Positions 38,918 through 48,563 of a DNA stretch of 55,678 bases are shown here, in pieces (the stretch's first letter is position 1; each line of letters opens with the position of its first letter). The notes beneath the pieces were generated by a model, which saw nothing but the letters and a program-made list of their open reading frames with translations, was not told the DNA's origin and searched no databases. The translations under genes were made by a program, and so were the position numbers. Location of the stretch: positions 1-55,678 of IMG/VR virus record IMGVR_UViG_3300020451_000899. The stretch is one strand, 5' to 3'. The stretch is from a virus (taxonomy: Duplodnaviria > Caudoviricetes).

Positions 38918-39342
38918 TTCTTACTGCATTTAATTGTATAATTTGACTCATTGATAGACACCGATTCTACGTTTATATTATGCTCTCTAAGCCTTGTTCT
39001 AGTTGATTGCCAAGTATGTAATAGTGTTTTACCCACTATAGATTCATTAAATTTGTCTAAGTTTTCATGAGCAGAGTCACACAGAGAAAGTGCATCTAAG
39101 TCTTTAATGATAAGACTACCATTTTTTCTTAACTTGAGAACAGCGAAATCAATTACACCTAGATAATATTCTTTGTTAGGGCAAAAAGACAACGCTTGAT
39201 CTATCACTATTTCATCTAGTGATGAGTCCATGTGCTTTTCTCCAGCAAGCTCTTCTATTAATAAAAATGATATATTTGTATTCCCTCTGTCTCTTTCGAT
39301 CATAGAATACTTGTCTTGTTGACTTACTATATGATGTATCAT
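38914..39342 (-). CDS. Hypothetical protein, truncated SAM-methyltransferase-like
   Basis: SLDEIV....LSF.....LKLRKNGSLII resembles class I MTase C-terminal motifs; no GxG motif; start placed at the ATGA overlap. Confidence 0.4.
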   Translation of the reverse strand: MIHHIVSQQDKYSMIERDRGNTNISFLLIEELAGEKHMDSSLDEIVIDQALSFCPNKEYYLGVIDFAVLKLRKNGSLIIKDLDALSLCDSAHENLDKFNESIVGKTLLHTWQSTRTRLREHNINVESVSINESNYTIKCSKK

Positions 39343-40325
39343 GATGTTCTCCCTACGCATGTATAAAATATTTTATTCCATTCTTTTACAAATCTTTCTA
39401 AATTGAATCTATCCAGTATAGTCTTTCTAGCATTTTCACCCATCCTCTTCGCTTCTTCGGGGTTGTCAAAAAGATATTGTATTCTTTCTTTTAGTTCTGT
39501 TTCGTCGTTTGATATAAACCCATTGACGCCGTTTTCTATGATCTCTGGTATCATACATGTGGCTGTAGACACTACTGCGCACCCACACGACATTGCTTCT
39601 AAAACAACTGTTGGTATAGGGCTGTGAGTAGTAGTGTTTAAAAATACTAAATGCGTGTTGTACAACCCTATTAATTCTTCTGGATTTGCAGCTTCCGACA
39701 ATCCGGGTGTGTCCCCTCTTACGGTTACATCAAACTTTTCGGTAACTCTTTGCCAACCAGTAAAGTTTAAACAATATTCTCTGTTTATGAAGTCATTGGC
39801 AACTGATAACACTTTCTTTTCTCTTTTATGATTTTTATTGCAAAACTGGTCTGTGTCTACACCGTGATGTATGATTGCAGTATTTGTATCTATGTCTACA
39901 TATTTCCTTGAGAATTCTGATATAAAAACATTGATATCTCCAACACAGCTTTTCATATATTGTATGGATGCATCGGAAGCATGTGGACCCAACATGGTAT
40001 GTTCTAGAGCGACTAGTGGTATTAAGAGTTTTTGTCTTATTTGAGACGCCGTTCTAAATTGGTAAAATCTGTCTTGAGATAATATCAAATCAAAATTAAT
40101 ATGATCAAATATTTGACCCTCTGGCATGAGTACATAATTTTCAGGCATGGGTGCGTACTTAGGATTCCATTTCTTCATTCCGTCTAAGTTGAAAGCATAG
40201 AAATTATGCCCTGTTTTACATAATTGCTCCTCATACCTTTCGTGCGTCTGGAACGTGAGTATGTTTAATTTTATGTCTTCTGTTTTGATATTTGACTTTG
40301 ATATGATTTTTTCAGCTGGGTTCAT
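39339..40325 (-). CDS. Glycosyltransferase, GT4 (GT-B)
   Basis: IIHHGVD; PIPTVVLEAMSCGCAVV...PEIIENGVNGF; MGENARK. Confidence 0.9.
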   Translation of the reverse strand: MNPAEKIISKSNIKTEDIKLNILTFQTHERYEEQLCKTGHNFYAFNLDGMKKWNPKYAPMPENYVLMPEGQIFDHINFDLILSQDRFYQFRTASQIRQKLLIPLVALEHTMLGPHASDASIQYMKSCVGDINVFISEFSRKYVDIDTNTAIIHHGVDTDQFCNKNHKREKKVLSVANDFINREYCLNFTGWQRVTEKFDVTVRGDTPGLSEAANPEELIGLYNTHLVFLNTTTHSPIPTVVLEAMSCGCAVVSTATCMIPEIIENGVNGFISNDETELKERIQYLFDNPEEAKRMGENARKTILDRFNLERFVKEWNKIFYTCVGRTS

Positions 40326-41434
40326 GATTCCAATAAGTCCTTTATTTTTTGTCCTACTTTTGTAAAGCTAAACTCCTTGCCTCTGATTAGACCATTACTT
40401 GATTTCTCTGTTTCGCTGCCCAGTTTATAATTTTTCTCCATAGCTCGTGCAACTTCAATTTGTTTTGGTACGTGCCAAACTTCTCTGCCAGTATATATAT
40501 TTGGTAAAGGTCTGTCTGAAGCATCGCAGAATACTTCGTTACATTCTACTAAAGTCCCTGTTTCTTTTGTAATGTATTCTTTTGGCCCTCCCCAGTTTGG
40601 ACATATAGGACGATTGCCAAAGCACATCGCGTCAAAAGATGGTATAGACCACGCTTCTCCTTTAGACATTGTTACAAAACAATGACTCTGATTGTGCAAA
40701 GATATCATTTCATCCTCTGAAAGCCTGCTGCCAACAATCAATATATTAGGATAGTTAGATCCATCTGGGTGTATCATAAGAGAATTTTTGATTTTTTCTG
40801 ACACAGCATTGACTTGGTTATATATATCTTGCTCGGATGCATTAGGCGCATTGACTTTAAGAATTAATAATACATTCTGTCCGTAAGAAAAAGTGGCGTA
40901 GTATGTCTTTAAAAGCTCTTCTATATTTTTTTTGCTAGAGTAGTCTGCTATAGTATAGAATATATATGTATTTTCATCTTTATATTTAGTGAAGTCTATA
41001 TGTCTGTGAAGTATCTTTGAATATTTAGACATATCAAAAGCATGTGGTACAGTCTGTACTTTGATATTAGATTGGCGAAAATACTCTGCATTGTCTTCAC
41101 ATGGAACCCAAACTTCGTCCACGAGAGACATCTTGTTTTTGTAAAAATTAGTCCTTATTGGTTTAGACTCTAGTACTGTATATGCAATATTCTTTTTGAA
41201 TTTGTCTGTACCTACGACAAAAGCTGGCAGAACATGTTGTATGCAATAGTCTACATCTTGTATGTCTTTGTTTTCAAAAGACTTGATTATTTCTGGAGTC
41301 TCTGCCCTCCCAGAGATAGGAATGTTTCTTGCTACTACATCTATATCTACTGAGTCCATAGCTCGCATAAGCCCTTGGGCGGCGTCAGACCACCCGCTAT
41401 TTTCTAAATAATGTCCTATATACAGTACCTTCAT
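40322..41434 (-). CDS. Glycosyltransferase, GT4 (GT-B)
   Basis: SGWS.AA; DEVWVP; KKN...LL; SKGEAWSIPSFDAM..G..PI...WGGP.EY. Confidence 0.88.
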   Translation of the reverse strand: MKVLYIGHYLENSGWSDAAQGLMRAMDSVDIDVVARNIPISGRAETPEIIKSFENKDIQDVDYCIQHVLPAFVVGTDKFKKNIAYTVLESKPIRTNFYKNKMSLVDEVWVPCEDNAEYFRQSNIKVQTVPHAFDMSKYSKILHRHIDFTKYKDENTYIFYTIADYSSKKNIEELLKTYYATFSYGQNVLLILKVNAPNASEQDIYNQVNAVSEKIKNSLMIHPDGSNYPNILIVGSRLSEDEMISLHNQSHCFVTMSKGEAWSIPSFDAMCFGNRPICPNWGGPKEYITKETGTLVECNEVFCDASDRPLPNIYTGREVWHVPKQIEVARAMEKNYKLGSETEKSSNGLIRGKEFSFTKVGQKIKDLLES

Positions 41435-43086
41435 AGATTGTGCGCTCTCTTTCGAGTATCTTCACATGAATTAATAAAATTTCTTCTTGACAATAAATCG
41501 TCGTATGCATCTTTAATGCTATAAATTTTTTGTTCTATCTTTTTAGCAAATGATAAGACGGAATTGTCTTCATCAAAAAAAGATCCTATTATGGGAGAAG
41601 TTGTATACTCATACATTATATTACTAATCATCTCAGTATAATCTATACTGTTCTTTGCTTCAGAGTCTAACAAGACATTATCATAAAGCCAACTGACAGC
41701 TTCAGCAATCGGAATCTTTTCAAGATCTGGGTTGTAAGGTTGGGGCTGTTGTATATTGGGAAAAGAAAGCCATGTGTTTTCTTCTGGAATGACATCTACT
41801 GAATCAAAATATTTTTCCCATTGCTGTCCTGTTTTGTCCCATTGAAAATTTTCTAAGAACTTTTCTCTGGTATTTTTTGATAGTTGTAATCTCTCTTCGT
41901 CGCTTTTACTAAAAAATTCTTTTAATTTACTGACCGTGTAGTCATTGTCTGGCACGGCTCTCATACACCCTGTTTCCAGCTCTTTATATAAAGCCTTAGT
42001 TTTCAGAGGTGTGCCACCTAACTGTCTAACGACACTTGTCATGGCAGAATAGTCAACAGACATAACTGGAACTCCACAGGCAGCAGCTTCTACTTGAGGC
42101 AATCCAAACCCTTCTGAATTAGCATACTGAACGTATAGATCGAATACATTCATAACTTCTGCTAGTTGCTCATAAGACAATCCTTGCTTCACGCTAGAAA
42201 GCTGCGCTGTGGTAGTCCCAGTAAACGGAGAGACAGTTTTAGCACCCCTGAATGTAGATGCAAAACACTTCTTTGTTTCAGAACAGACGTATGTAAACAG
42301 AACATGGGAACACAAATTATGTTCATTTAATAAGTCTGGTATATTCCATCCAGCATCCGGGAAACTGGTATGACAATAAAGTTTATATTTTTGCGAATCA
42401 TCGTTCAAATCTAAAAATTTCCTAAATGCCGCAAAAAGATCTGGATATAGTTTTCTTCTTTGGTTTCGCATAACCGTTCCTATGATCTTTGTATCCTTGC
42501 CTATGCCAAAGCTTTCTTTTAAAAGCTCCTTGTCTAATGGCTTGTAGGCTGGATTTGCAGAAGGAGGTGCGCTACCAAGATAATTTATTTTGCCACCGCT
42601 CTGATTTTTCAAAACTTCTCCAGACCAATCAGAATAACTGAAACATGCATCTGCTGTGCTGTACGCATACATCCACTCTTTTGCTTGAGGAGCAGCATCA
42701 ACTGTTGGCATTAATGCCCATTTAAAAAACTTCCTGAATGGAGATTTATATATAAATTCAATCATCCAAAAATCTCTGATATCACACACGATATCAGGTT
42801 TAAAATCTATGCATGTTTGCTCAAAACTGTAGCCACCAAATTGACCCCTTAAAGATTGTTTGTATTTTTCTAATGATGCTTCATCTTCAGGGTGTGGCAT
42901 TACCCCATAAAATTTCCAAGGGGTTTGTGATTGAGGGTCGCCAGTGTAGGAGTAAGCACCTAACTCAGCCAATTCATACTTCCCAGTACCGTATAGATAC
43001 TTCATAACTTCTTCCGTATACGTGGCATAACCCGTATGCAAGAAAGTTGCCTCAGTGCAAAACAAAATTCTTTTTTTTCTCATCAA
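41431..43086 (-). CDS. Glycosyltransferase, GT4 (GT-B)
   Basis: TGYA; RNQRRK.YP.L; SEGFGLPQVEAAACGVP (E-x7-E motif). Confidence 0.9.
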   Translation of the reverse strand: MMRKKRILFCTEATFLHTGYATYTEEVMKYLYGTGKYELAELGAYSYTGDPQSQTPWKFYGVMPHPEDEASLEKYKQSLRGQFGGYSFEQTCIDFKPDIVCDIRDFWMIEFIYKSPFRKFFKWALMPTVDAAPQAKEWMYAYSTADACFSYSDWSGEVLKNQSGGKINYLGSAPPSANPAYKPLDKELLKESFGIGKDTKIIGTVMRNQRRKLYPDLFAAFRKFLDLNDDSQKYKLYCHTSFPDAGWNIPDLLNEHNLCSHVLFTYVCSETKKCFASTFRGAKTVSPFTGTTTAQLSSVKQGLSYEQLAEVMNVFDLYVQYANSEGFGLPQVEAAACGVPVMSVDYSAMTSVVRQLGGTPLKTKALYKELETGCMRAVPDNDYTVSKLKEFFSKSDEERLQLSKNTREKFLENFQWDKTGQQWEKYFDSVDVIPEENTWLSFPNIQQPQPYNPDLEKIPIAEAVSWLYDNVLLDSEAKNSIDYTEMISNIMYEYTTSPIIGSFFDEDNSVLSFAKKIEQKIYSIKDAYDDLLSRRNFINSCEDTRKRAHNL

Positions 43087-43400
43087 TAGTCTTCCTCTGT
43101 GTGGCTACAAATATCAAATTCATTAATTCTAAAAACTATTTCATCATCATGTTGAGACCTGTGCTTCACTGATGCTTGTATAGTAATTTTTGTACCCTTC
43201 GTGGCAAATCTCTCAATTGTCTCTGCACCCGTGTGCCAAGCTTCGCATAGTACATATGTGGGTATTCTACTTTTTTCGCCAGTACTTTTGGTCTTTCGAT
43301 ATGTATATATAACCATAGTAAATTCTGCCATTACGACATTATTTATTACAGAGGTGTTTGGATTCTCTACTAGGTATCCAGTAAAACAACAATTATTCAT
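43083..43400 (-). CDS. ssb: Single-stranded DNA-binding protein (bacterial SSB-type OB fold)
   Basis: MN...FTG.L..NP; CEAW...AE.I....TKG..I.I; acidic C-terminus EEDY. Confidence 0.8.
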   Translation of the reverse strand: MNNCCFTGYLVENPNTSVINNVVMAEFTMVIYTYRKTKSTGEKSRIPTYVLCEAWHTGAETIERFATKGTKITIQASVKHRSQHDDEIVFRINEFDICSHTEEDY

Positions 43401-43447
43401 CTTCTCTCCTATCTTAGTATATTAGCTATAACAGCTAAAAAAAACAA
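43401..43447 (-). promoter_or_regulatory. Possible internal promoter/operator for the ssb-glycosyltransferase genes
   Basis: Minus-strand TATACT (-10-like, 43416-43421), adjacent inverted repeat TTAGCT-N5-AGCTAA (43422-43438) and AGGAGA RBS; no properly spaced -35. Confidence 0.3.
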
Positions 43448-45013
43448 TTAAATTTCGTGGATTTTATCAACAATAAAGGAGCTATCATTCTTACTAACAC
43501 TTCCACAAAGTATGAGATTATTTCCTTCATATAATATATATTTATATTTAGATTTGACGCTGGGGAATATAATTACGCTATCTAATACAGACGATTCATC
43601 TTCTATAGTCAGAAATGACATAAGCTTCCCTTGGGAATCCCCTTTCTTTATTTTATAATCTGCCATTCTTGTTATGTTGCCAACTACACATAGATTCTTT
43701 CCCTTTTTACCATTAACTATTTCCTTACACGTTGTGTTGGCGGCAGACGTATCTGAAGCATCTACTTTAGACATGCTAACTGGACATCCCAAAAATCTAG
43801 TTTCTTGATCTATAATCCAGCTGGGGTCATCAGAAAGATCGTATGGGGGATCTTCCAGCAATTGTATTTCATTTTGGACAGCTTGACTTCTTTCTATTTT
43901 GTGGGTTCCACCCCCCTGTTTTTTTGTGGGAGCCAAGTCAGTAAGACACTTTATGAAGTCTTTCCATTTCTTTTGATTATAATTTTTTTGTATCCAAGCT
44001 TGTTCTGCTTTGGTTAGCGTTCTAAATATTTCGTAGTCGTAAAGCGCTTTGTTTCTGCTTATCTTTCCATCAAAGTCTCTAAAAAATCCTACAGAGGCTA
44101 GTGCTTTAAAAGCTGTTGAATTTATATTAGGAGCAAAAAACAATAGTATTTCTATCCATGTAAATTTTTTGATGTTTTTATTACATGTCTCTTCAGCCAA
44201 TTTGATTCCATCTGTTACTTTATCTCCTGTCTTTCCTGTCAGAGATTTAATATCTTTTATACCAAAATATACTTTCTTATTTTTTATATTGAACTTAGAA
44301 TCAAAGTTTGCTATACTAGGAGTCCTCGCCTGTATATCAAAGAGTTTCGCTTCTGATATTAACTCATATATTTCTTGATGTGGATCTTGTTTTTCATTTG
44401 CATAATACAAGTAGGCTAGAAAAAATTCTTCTGGATTGTGAGCCTTTTGGTAAGCACTCCAATAAGAGCATACTGCATATGATACACTATGAGACTTATT
44501 AAAAGCATATCTAGAAGATTTTTCAATCCAGCTAAATATTTCTTCAGCCGTGTCTTTGTCTACAATCCCAGTTTTCTTAGACCCAGATATAAACTTCTTT
44601 TTGACCTTAGCCATTAGGTCTGCTTTTTTCTTACCAATTGCTTTTCGTAGAACGTCTGCTTCTTCAAGATTGAAACCAGCTATCTTCTGTGCAATACGCA
44701 TAGATTGTTCTTGATAGACTAAGACTCCATAGGTTGGCATTAGTATTTCTTCTAGTGACTCGTGTAGATATGTCACATCCTCTCTACCATGCTTACGGTC
44801 AATGAAGTGTTGAGTCATAGACTTACCATCTACAAATGCTTTTAAGCATCCGGGACGTATAATAGCTATCAAAGCAGACAACTCTTCTAGAGTATTTGGT
44901 GCAAGTTTTTTAGACCAAGATTTTCCAAGATTGCTCTCTAGCTGGAACACGCCCTTGGTTTTACCTTCAGCGAACAATTGCCAAGTCTTTTTATCATCAT
45001 AAGATGTGTTCAT
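43448..45013 (-). CDS. dnaE: DNA polymerase III alpha subunit, C-terminal part (fingers, HhH, OB)
   Basis: TKGVFQLES, IIRPG, TYGVLVYQEQ, ADVLRKAIGKKK, YAFNKSHS, FG..DIK, C-terminal OB (M.FLTIED). Confidence 0.93.
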   Translation of the reverse strand: MNTSYDDKKTWQLFAEGKTKGVFQLESNLGKSWSKKLAPNTLEELSALIAIIRPGCLKAFVDGKSMTQHFIDRKHGREDVTYLHESLEEILMPTYGVLVYQEQSMRIAQKIAGFNLEEADVLRKAIGKKKADLMAKVKKKFISGSKKTGIVDKDTAEEIFSWIEKSSRYAFNKSHSVSYAVCSYWSAYQKAHNPEEFFLAYLYYANEKQDPHQEIYELISEAKLFDIQARTPSIANFDSKFNIKNKKVYFGIKDIKSLTGKTGDKVTDGIKLAEETCNKNIKKFTWIEILLFFAPNINSTAFKALASVGFFRDFDGKISRNKALYDYEIFRTLTKAEQAWIQKNYNQKKWKDFIKCLTDLAPTKKQGGGTHKIERSQAVQNEIQLLEDPPYDLSDDPSWIIDQETRFLGCPVSMSKVDASDTSAANTTCKEIVNGKKGKNLCVVGNITRMADYKIKKGDSQGKLMSFLTIEDESSVLDSVIIFPSVKSKYKYILYEGNNLILCGSVSKNDSSFIVDKIHEI

Positions 45014-45647
45014 TCTTTATAACCTTTTTCAACGTGTCGTTCTTTTTGTTTATGGCTGTTTCAACATCTTCATACAAAGTACTATGATTGCAAGCGTGGT
45101 AAATAAATTGACCCTGACCATTAAACGCTTTTGAAGGAAACACTGATACTATATCTGTCATCTTAGCTTTCATCATAAATTGGAATAAGTCCTGATCATT
45201 TAATTCATAATTATTCGTACTCGCACCTTGAAAATAAGACATCAAAAATGTAATAACTTTTTTATTGTTACTAAATATGATTGAACCAGTATTTACATTC
45301 CAAGATATATCATCTTTTCCATCTTCTGCTGCACATATCATTATATCCTTGTCTGTCATCTTGGTAAAGATTCTGATATCTATATCATGATCTAATACCA
45401 CAGCGTCTGCGTCTAGCATAAAAACATAGTCAAAGTCATTTGTTACCAGAACGTCTCTAGCTAGAAAAAACTTATGATAATAATCTTTGTATTTACCGCT
45501 ATACGAAGATAAATTTACACCATCATATTGAGTTATATATTTGATATTATGCTTTTTGCAATACCGTTTGTTTATAGTCTCAACAATTTGTTGTGTATCT
45601 TTAAAAGCTTTGTCAAAGTAAACGCACATGGCGACATTACTTGACAT
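44997..45647 (-). CDS. Glycosyltransferase, GT34 (GMA12/MNN10)-like GT-A
   Basis: K.YC.KH..KY, DYVFMLDADAVV (DxD), VNTG.IIF, NDQD, FIYH. Confidence 0.7.
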   Translation of the reverse strand: MSSNVAMCVYFDKAFKDTQQIVETINKRYCKKHNIKYITQYDGVNLSSYSGKYKDYYHKFFLARDVLVTNDFDYVFMLDADAVVLDHDIDIRIFTKMTDKDIMICAAEDGKDDISWNVNTGSIIFSNNKKVITFLMSYFQGASTNNYELNDQDLFQFMMKAKMTDIVSVFPSKAFNGQGQFIYHACNHSTLYEDVETAINKKNDTLKKVIKNEHIL

Positions 45648-46317
45648 ACAATCCCCCGTTGGCAAAAGCTTTTTCAAATTCAATATTCTGATACACAGCT
45701 CTGTGAGTTTTTAGCAATTTGATAAAGATGTTGGCTGTATCTTTTACGTCTTGTAATGCGTCGTGAGCATTCTCTGTAGATAGCCCCATGCGTTCTCGTA
45801 GTGAATCCATGCTGATAGACCTGATACTTGGATCTCCCTCTGTCCACATATGCATGTTATCCATGACATCGCATTTATGAATCTTGCTAAAGATTTTTTG
45901 TTGCTGCCTTCCATCATCAAATGGTCCATATTCTTTACATAAACGGTTGATGATAATCATATCAAAACCAATAATATTAAAACCAACAGGGATGGGATTG
46001 AAGAACGGGTCTTTTTTCCAATTGTATTGATCCACAAAAGAGCAGAACTTTTTCCATACCGACTTTAAAGCTGGAGCTTTAGCTAAGTCTGTTCTGTTTT
46101 TACCAGTTACTTTTAAAGCCCCATCTTCAATTGGATCTAATCCAGCAGCAATAGCTTTATCGTCGTCTAGTATGGGTTTGATCTCACTATTGAATGTTCC
46201 TTTCATAGCCAAATTTCTTCCATCTAGTGCCAACGCAGCGATTTGCGTGGGTTGAGTTTTGTTGGGGTTACGACTTCCTGTTTCAAAGTCAAAAACTATA
46301 TAATCTCTGTTTGCCAT
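45637..46317 (-). CDS. dnaQ: DEDDh 3'-5' exonuclease (DnaQ/epsilon-like)
   Basis: Exo I VFDFETG, Exo II GFNIIGFD, Exo III AHDALQDV. Confidence 0.88.
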   Translation of the reverse strand: MANRDYIVFDFETGSRNPNKTQPTQIAALALDGRNLAMKGTFNSEIKPILDDDKAIAAGLDPIEDGALKVTGKNRTDLAKAPALKSVWKKFCSFVDQYNWKKDPFFNPIPVGFNIIGFDMIIINRLCKEYGPFDDGRQQQKIFSKIHKCDVMDNMHMWTEGDPSIRSISMDSLRERMGLSTENAHDALQDVKDTANIFIKLLKTHRAVYQNIEFEKAFANGGLYVK

Positions 46318-46319
46318 AT

Positions 46320-46919
46320 TTATTTCCTTTTAGTAAGATCGGTATTCAATGAATCTGTTTTAGACTGTCTGTTGCTATATCCCTTCATATTCATGTAATT
46401 TAAGAATTGCGTCAACTTAGGGCTGTTGCTGTTACCCTTGCAAGCGCCGCCACAATGTATGTGTTCAAATGTAATATGAGAGACGTTGTATTTATTATAG
46501 TCGATAGTGTAAAGAATGTCAACATCAAGACCCTCAGTATCTATGTATAATCTTTCAATATCTTTTATATTATATTCTTCTAGTACTGAAGTTATAGTTC
46601 GAGCCGGATGGTTTACTTCAACAATATTTTCTGGAGGATGTCGATGGACTAACATGTGATCATAACTAAAAGACGTATGACCACTAAACATATTATTTTT
46701 TACATGGTAAAGAGTTATTTCTTCTTGATTGGAGTCTGGAGTGATAGCGCTTACAATAGTAGTTAATTTCTTTACATTTTTATATACTATATTTGCATTG
46801 TCTATAAAAGACTTATCAATGTCTATAAGTATTAGATGGTCAATTTTATCATTATTGTTATTAACATATCTACTCACATGATCATTACAATCATTACAAC
46901 CTATTTGTATTATATTCAT
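46320..46919 (-). CDS. FkbM-family methyltransferase
   Basis: IIQIGCND, LYIDTEGLDVDIL, ITFEH. Confidence 0.8.
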   Translation of the reverse strand: MNIIQIGCNDCNDHVSRYVNNNNDKIDHLILIDIDKSFIDNANIVYKNVKKLTTIVSAITPDSNQEEITLYHVKNNMFSGHTSFSYDHMLVHRHPPENIVEVNHPARTITSVLEEYNIKDIERLYIDTEGLDVDILYTIDYNKYNVSHITFEHIHCGGACKGNSNSPKLTQFLNYMNMKGYSNRQSKTDSLNTDLTKRK

Positions 46920-48478
46920 TTTTTTAATTCCGTTATTTTCATCAATTTGTCTAAGAGATTGATGCCTAAAACATCAAACTTTACATGACCTAATGCTTCT
47001 AAGTCTGCCATTTCCAATCCAGCTATCTTTTCGCTTGAACCCTTTTGTACAACCATAGGGCATACGTTTTTCAATTGATCCTTAGATATTACAACGCCAG
47101 CTGCGTGTTTGCCCTGAGTTTTAAATGTACCTTCAATGTCAATTGCCTGCTGAAAGTATTCTGCGTAGTCTCCATCTAAATTGCCTTCATCTGTAATATG
47201 GCAAAAATCTCTCAATTCATCTGCCCTATTTATTAATGCCCATCTTATAATAGATCTGTCTTCATTGTCCATCTCTGCAAGTTGGTCAGATATATCTGCT
47301 TCATTTGGAACACTTTTGGTAATAGCGTTCATCTCACTAAAAGAACATGCCTCATTGACTCTAAGCACTTCTTTAATAGCGCTACGTCCTTGCAATCTAC
47401 CAAATGTAATCATTTGACTTACATGTTCGGTTCCATACTTTTCTTTTAAATAATCTATAACATCGTCCCGCTTCTTGCCGGGGACATCCATATCAATATC
47501 TGGTAGAGACACATGACCGCCAGTGTTACGCCCAGCGTTGTAGAATCTTTCAAATAGTAAATCATATTCTACTGGGTCAATTTTAGTTATTCCAATTAGG
47601 TATGATATTAAACATCCAGCAGCAGAACCTCTCCCCGGACCAGCTAAACATCCCATATCTTTTTCAATATGTCTTATGATGTCTTGCACAATTAAAAAGT
47701 AACCAAAGAGATCTGCGTCTTTAATAACTTTTAGCTCTTTTCTAAATCTATTACCGTACAACTCTCTTCTTGTTTCGTCGTCTCCAACCTTTTTTGATAG
47801 AAATCTCTTATAACCTTCACGCGCCATATTTGTTAAATACTCTTCTTGAGACAAACCTTTTGGGCAAAGAAACTTTGGTAGCATTGGTGGGCTTAATATT
47901 TCATAGTCTTCACACGATTGGTATATGTTTTCCAATTCTTTTGTAGCACCACCCTCTGTAATGCATTTATTGTCTTTAGTGAAGTATTCCAGTATTTCTG
48001 GGGTCAATTCATTTTTTCTAATCTTAGTCTGTATTTTGGGTAGTGTAGTCTTTAGTGCAGAGCATAATAATACTCTGTGTAAAGTAGCTTGTTCTTTTTT
48101 CGCATAATATGATGGATTGATGCTATCCTTAGATTTAGATACTGCTATAAGATTATTTCTACTTATAATATCTTTAGCAATATCTTTGGGCGTATTACCG
48201 TCTGCATCAGTCATTGATACCATCTGTATAAGATCGTGCCAGCCATCCTTGTTCTTGGCGTACACAGTCGTATTGTCAAATGAACAGCCAATGATTGGCT
48301 TAATGCCAACCTTCTTGCAGGCTTGATGGAAAGATACTGCGCCTGATATAGATTTATAGTCCGTAATCCCACAGGCTGGATAGTCATTGTCCGCACAAAT
48401 CTTTGCAAGCTCGTGCGGCTTAGAAAATCCTTTTAGTAAACTATAATGCGTAAAATTCTTCAATGGAAACCAGTTCAA
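46916..48478 (-). CDS. dnaE: DNA polymerase III alpha subunit, N-terminal part (shortened PHP, palm/thumb)
   Basis: THYSLLKG, GITD, GPGRGSAAG, PDIDMD, GKHAAGVVI, KFDVLG; TTG start with GAGGAGG RBS. Confidence 0.93.
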   Translation of the reverse strand: MNWFPLKNFTHYSLLKGFSKPHELAKICADNDYPACGITDYKSISGAVSFHQACKKVGIKPIIGCSFDNTTVYAKNKDGWHDLIQMVSMTDADGNTPKDIAKDIISRNNLIAVSKSKDSINPSYYAKKEQATLHRVLLCSALKTTLPKIQTKIRKNELTPEILEYFTKDNKCITEGGATKELENIYQSCEDYEILSPPMLPKFLCPKGLSQEEYLTNMAREGYKRFLSKKVGDDETRRELYGNRFRKELKVIKDADLFGYFLIVQDIIRHIEKDMGCLAGPGRGSAAGCLISYLIGITKIDPVEYDLLFERFYNAGRNTGGHVSLPDIDMDVPGKKRDDVIDYLKEKYGTEHVSQMITFGRLQGRSAIKEVLRVNEACSFSEMNAITKSVPNEADISDQLAEMDNEDRSIIRWALINRADELRDFCHITDEGNLDGDYAEYFQQAIDIEGTFKTQGKHAAGVVISKDQLKNVCPMVVQKGSSEKIAGLEMADLEALGHVKFDVLGINLLDKLMKITELKK

Positions 48479-48502
48479 TCTTTCCTCCTCAATTTATAAG
48501 TT

Positions 48503-48554
48503 GCCAGATACTAGCATGAATCTAGAATTAACTAGATGATAATCTTAATCTGGC
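48503..48554. repeat. Structured non-coding element, copy B
   Basis: GCCAGAT-ACTAGCATGA-ATCTAG-aattaa-CTAGAT-GATAATCTTA-ATCTGGC. Confidence 0.85.
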
Positions 48555-48563
48555 TTTGTATGG

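Noticed and set aside
45014-46915. Intron or split intein joining the dnaE halves
   Set aside because: The gap is fully occupied by three coupled genes; no intein N- or C-terminal motifs and no room for a ribozyme core.
48532-48550. Fur box (ATGATAATC similarity)
   Set aside because: About 13/19 match in one arm only, and it does not explain the covarying stems.
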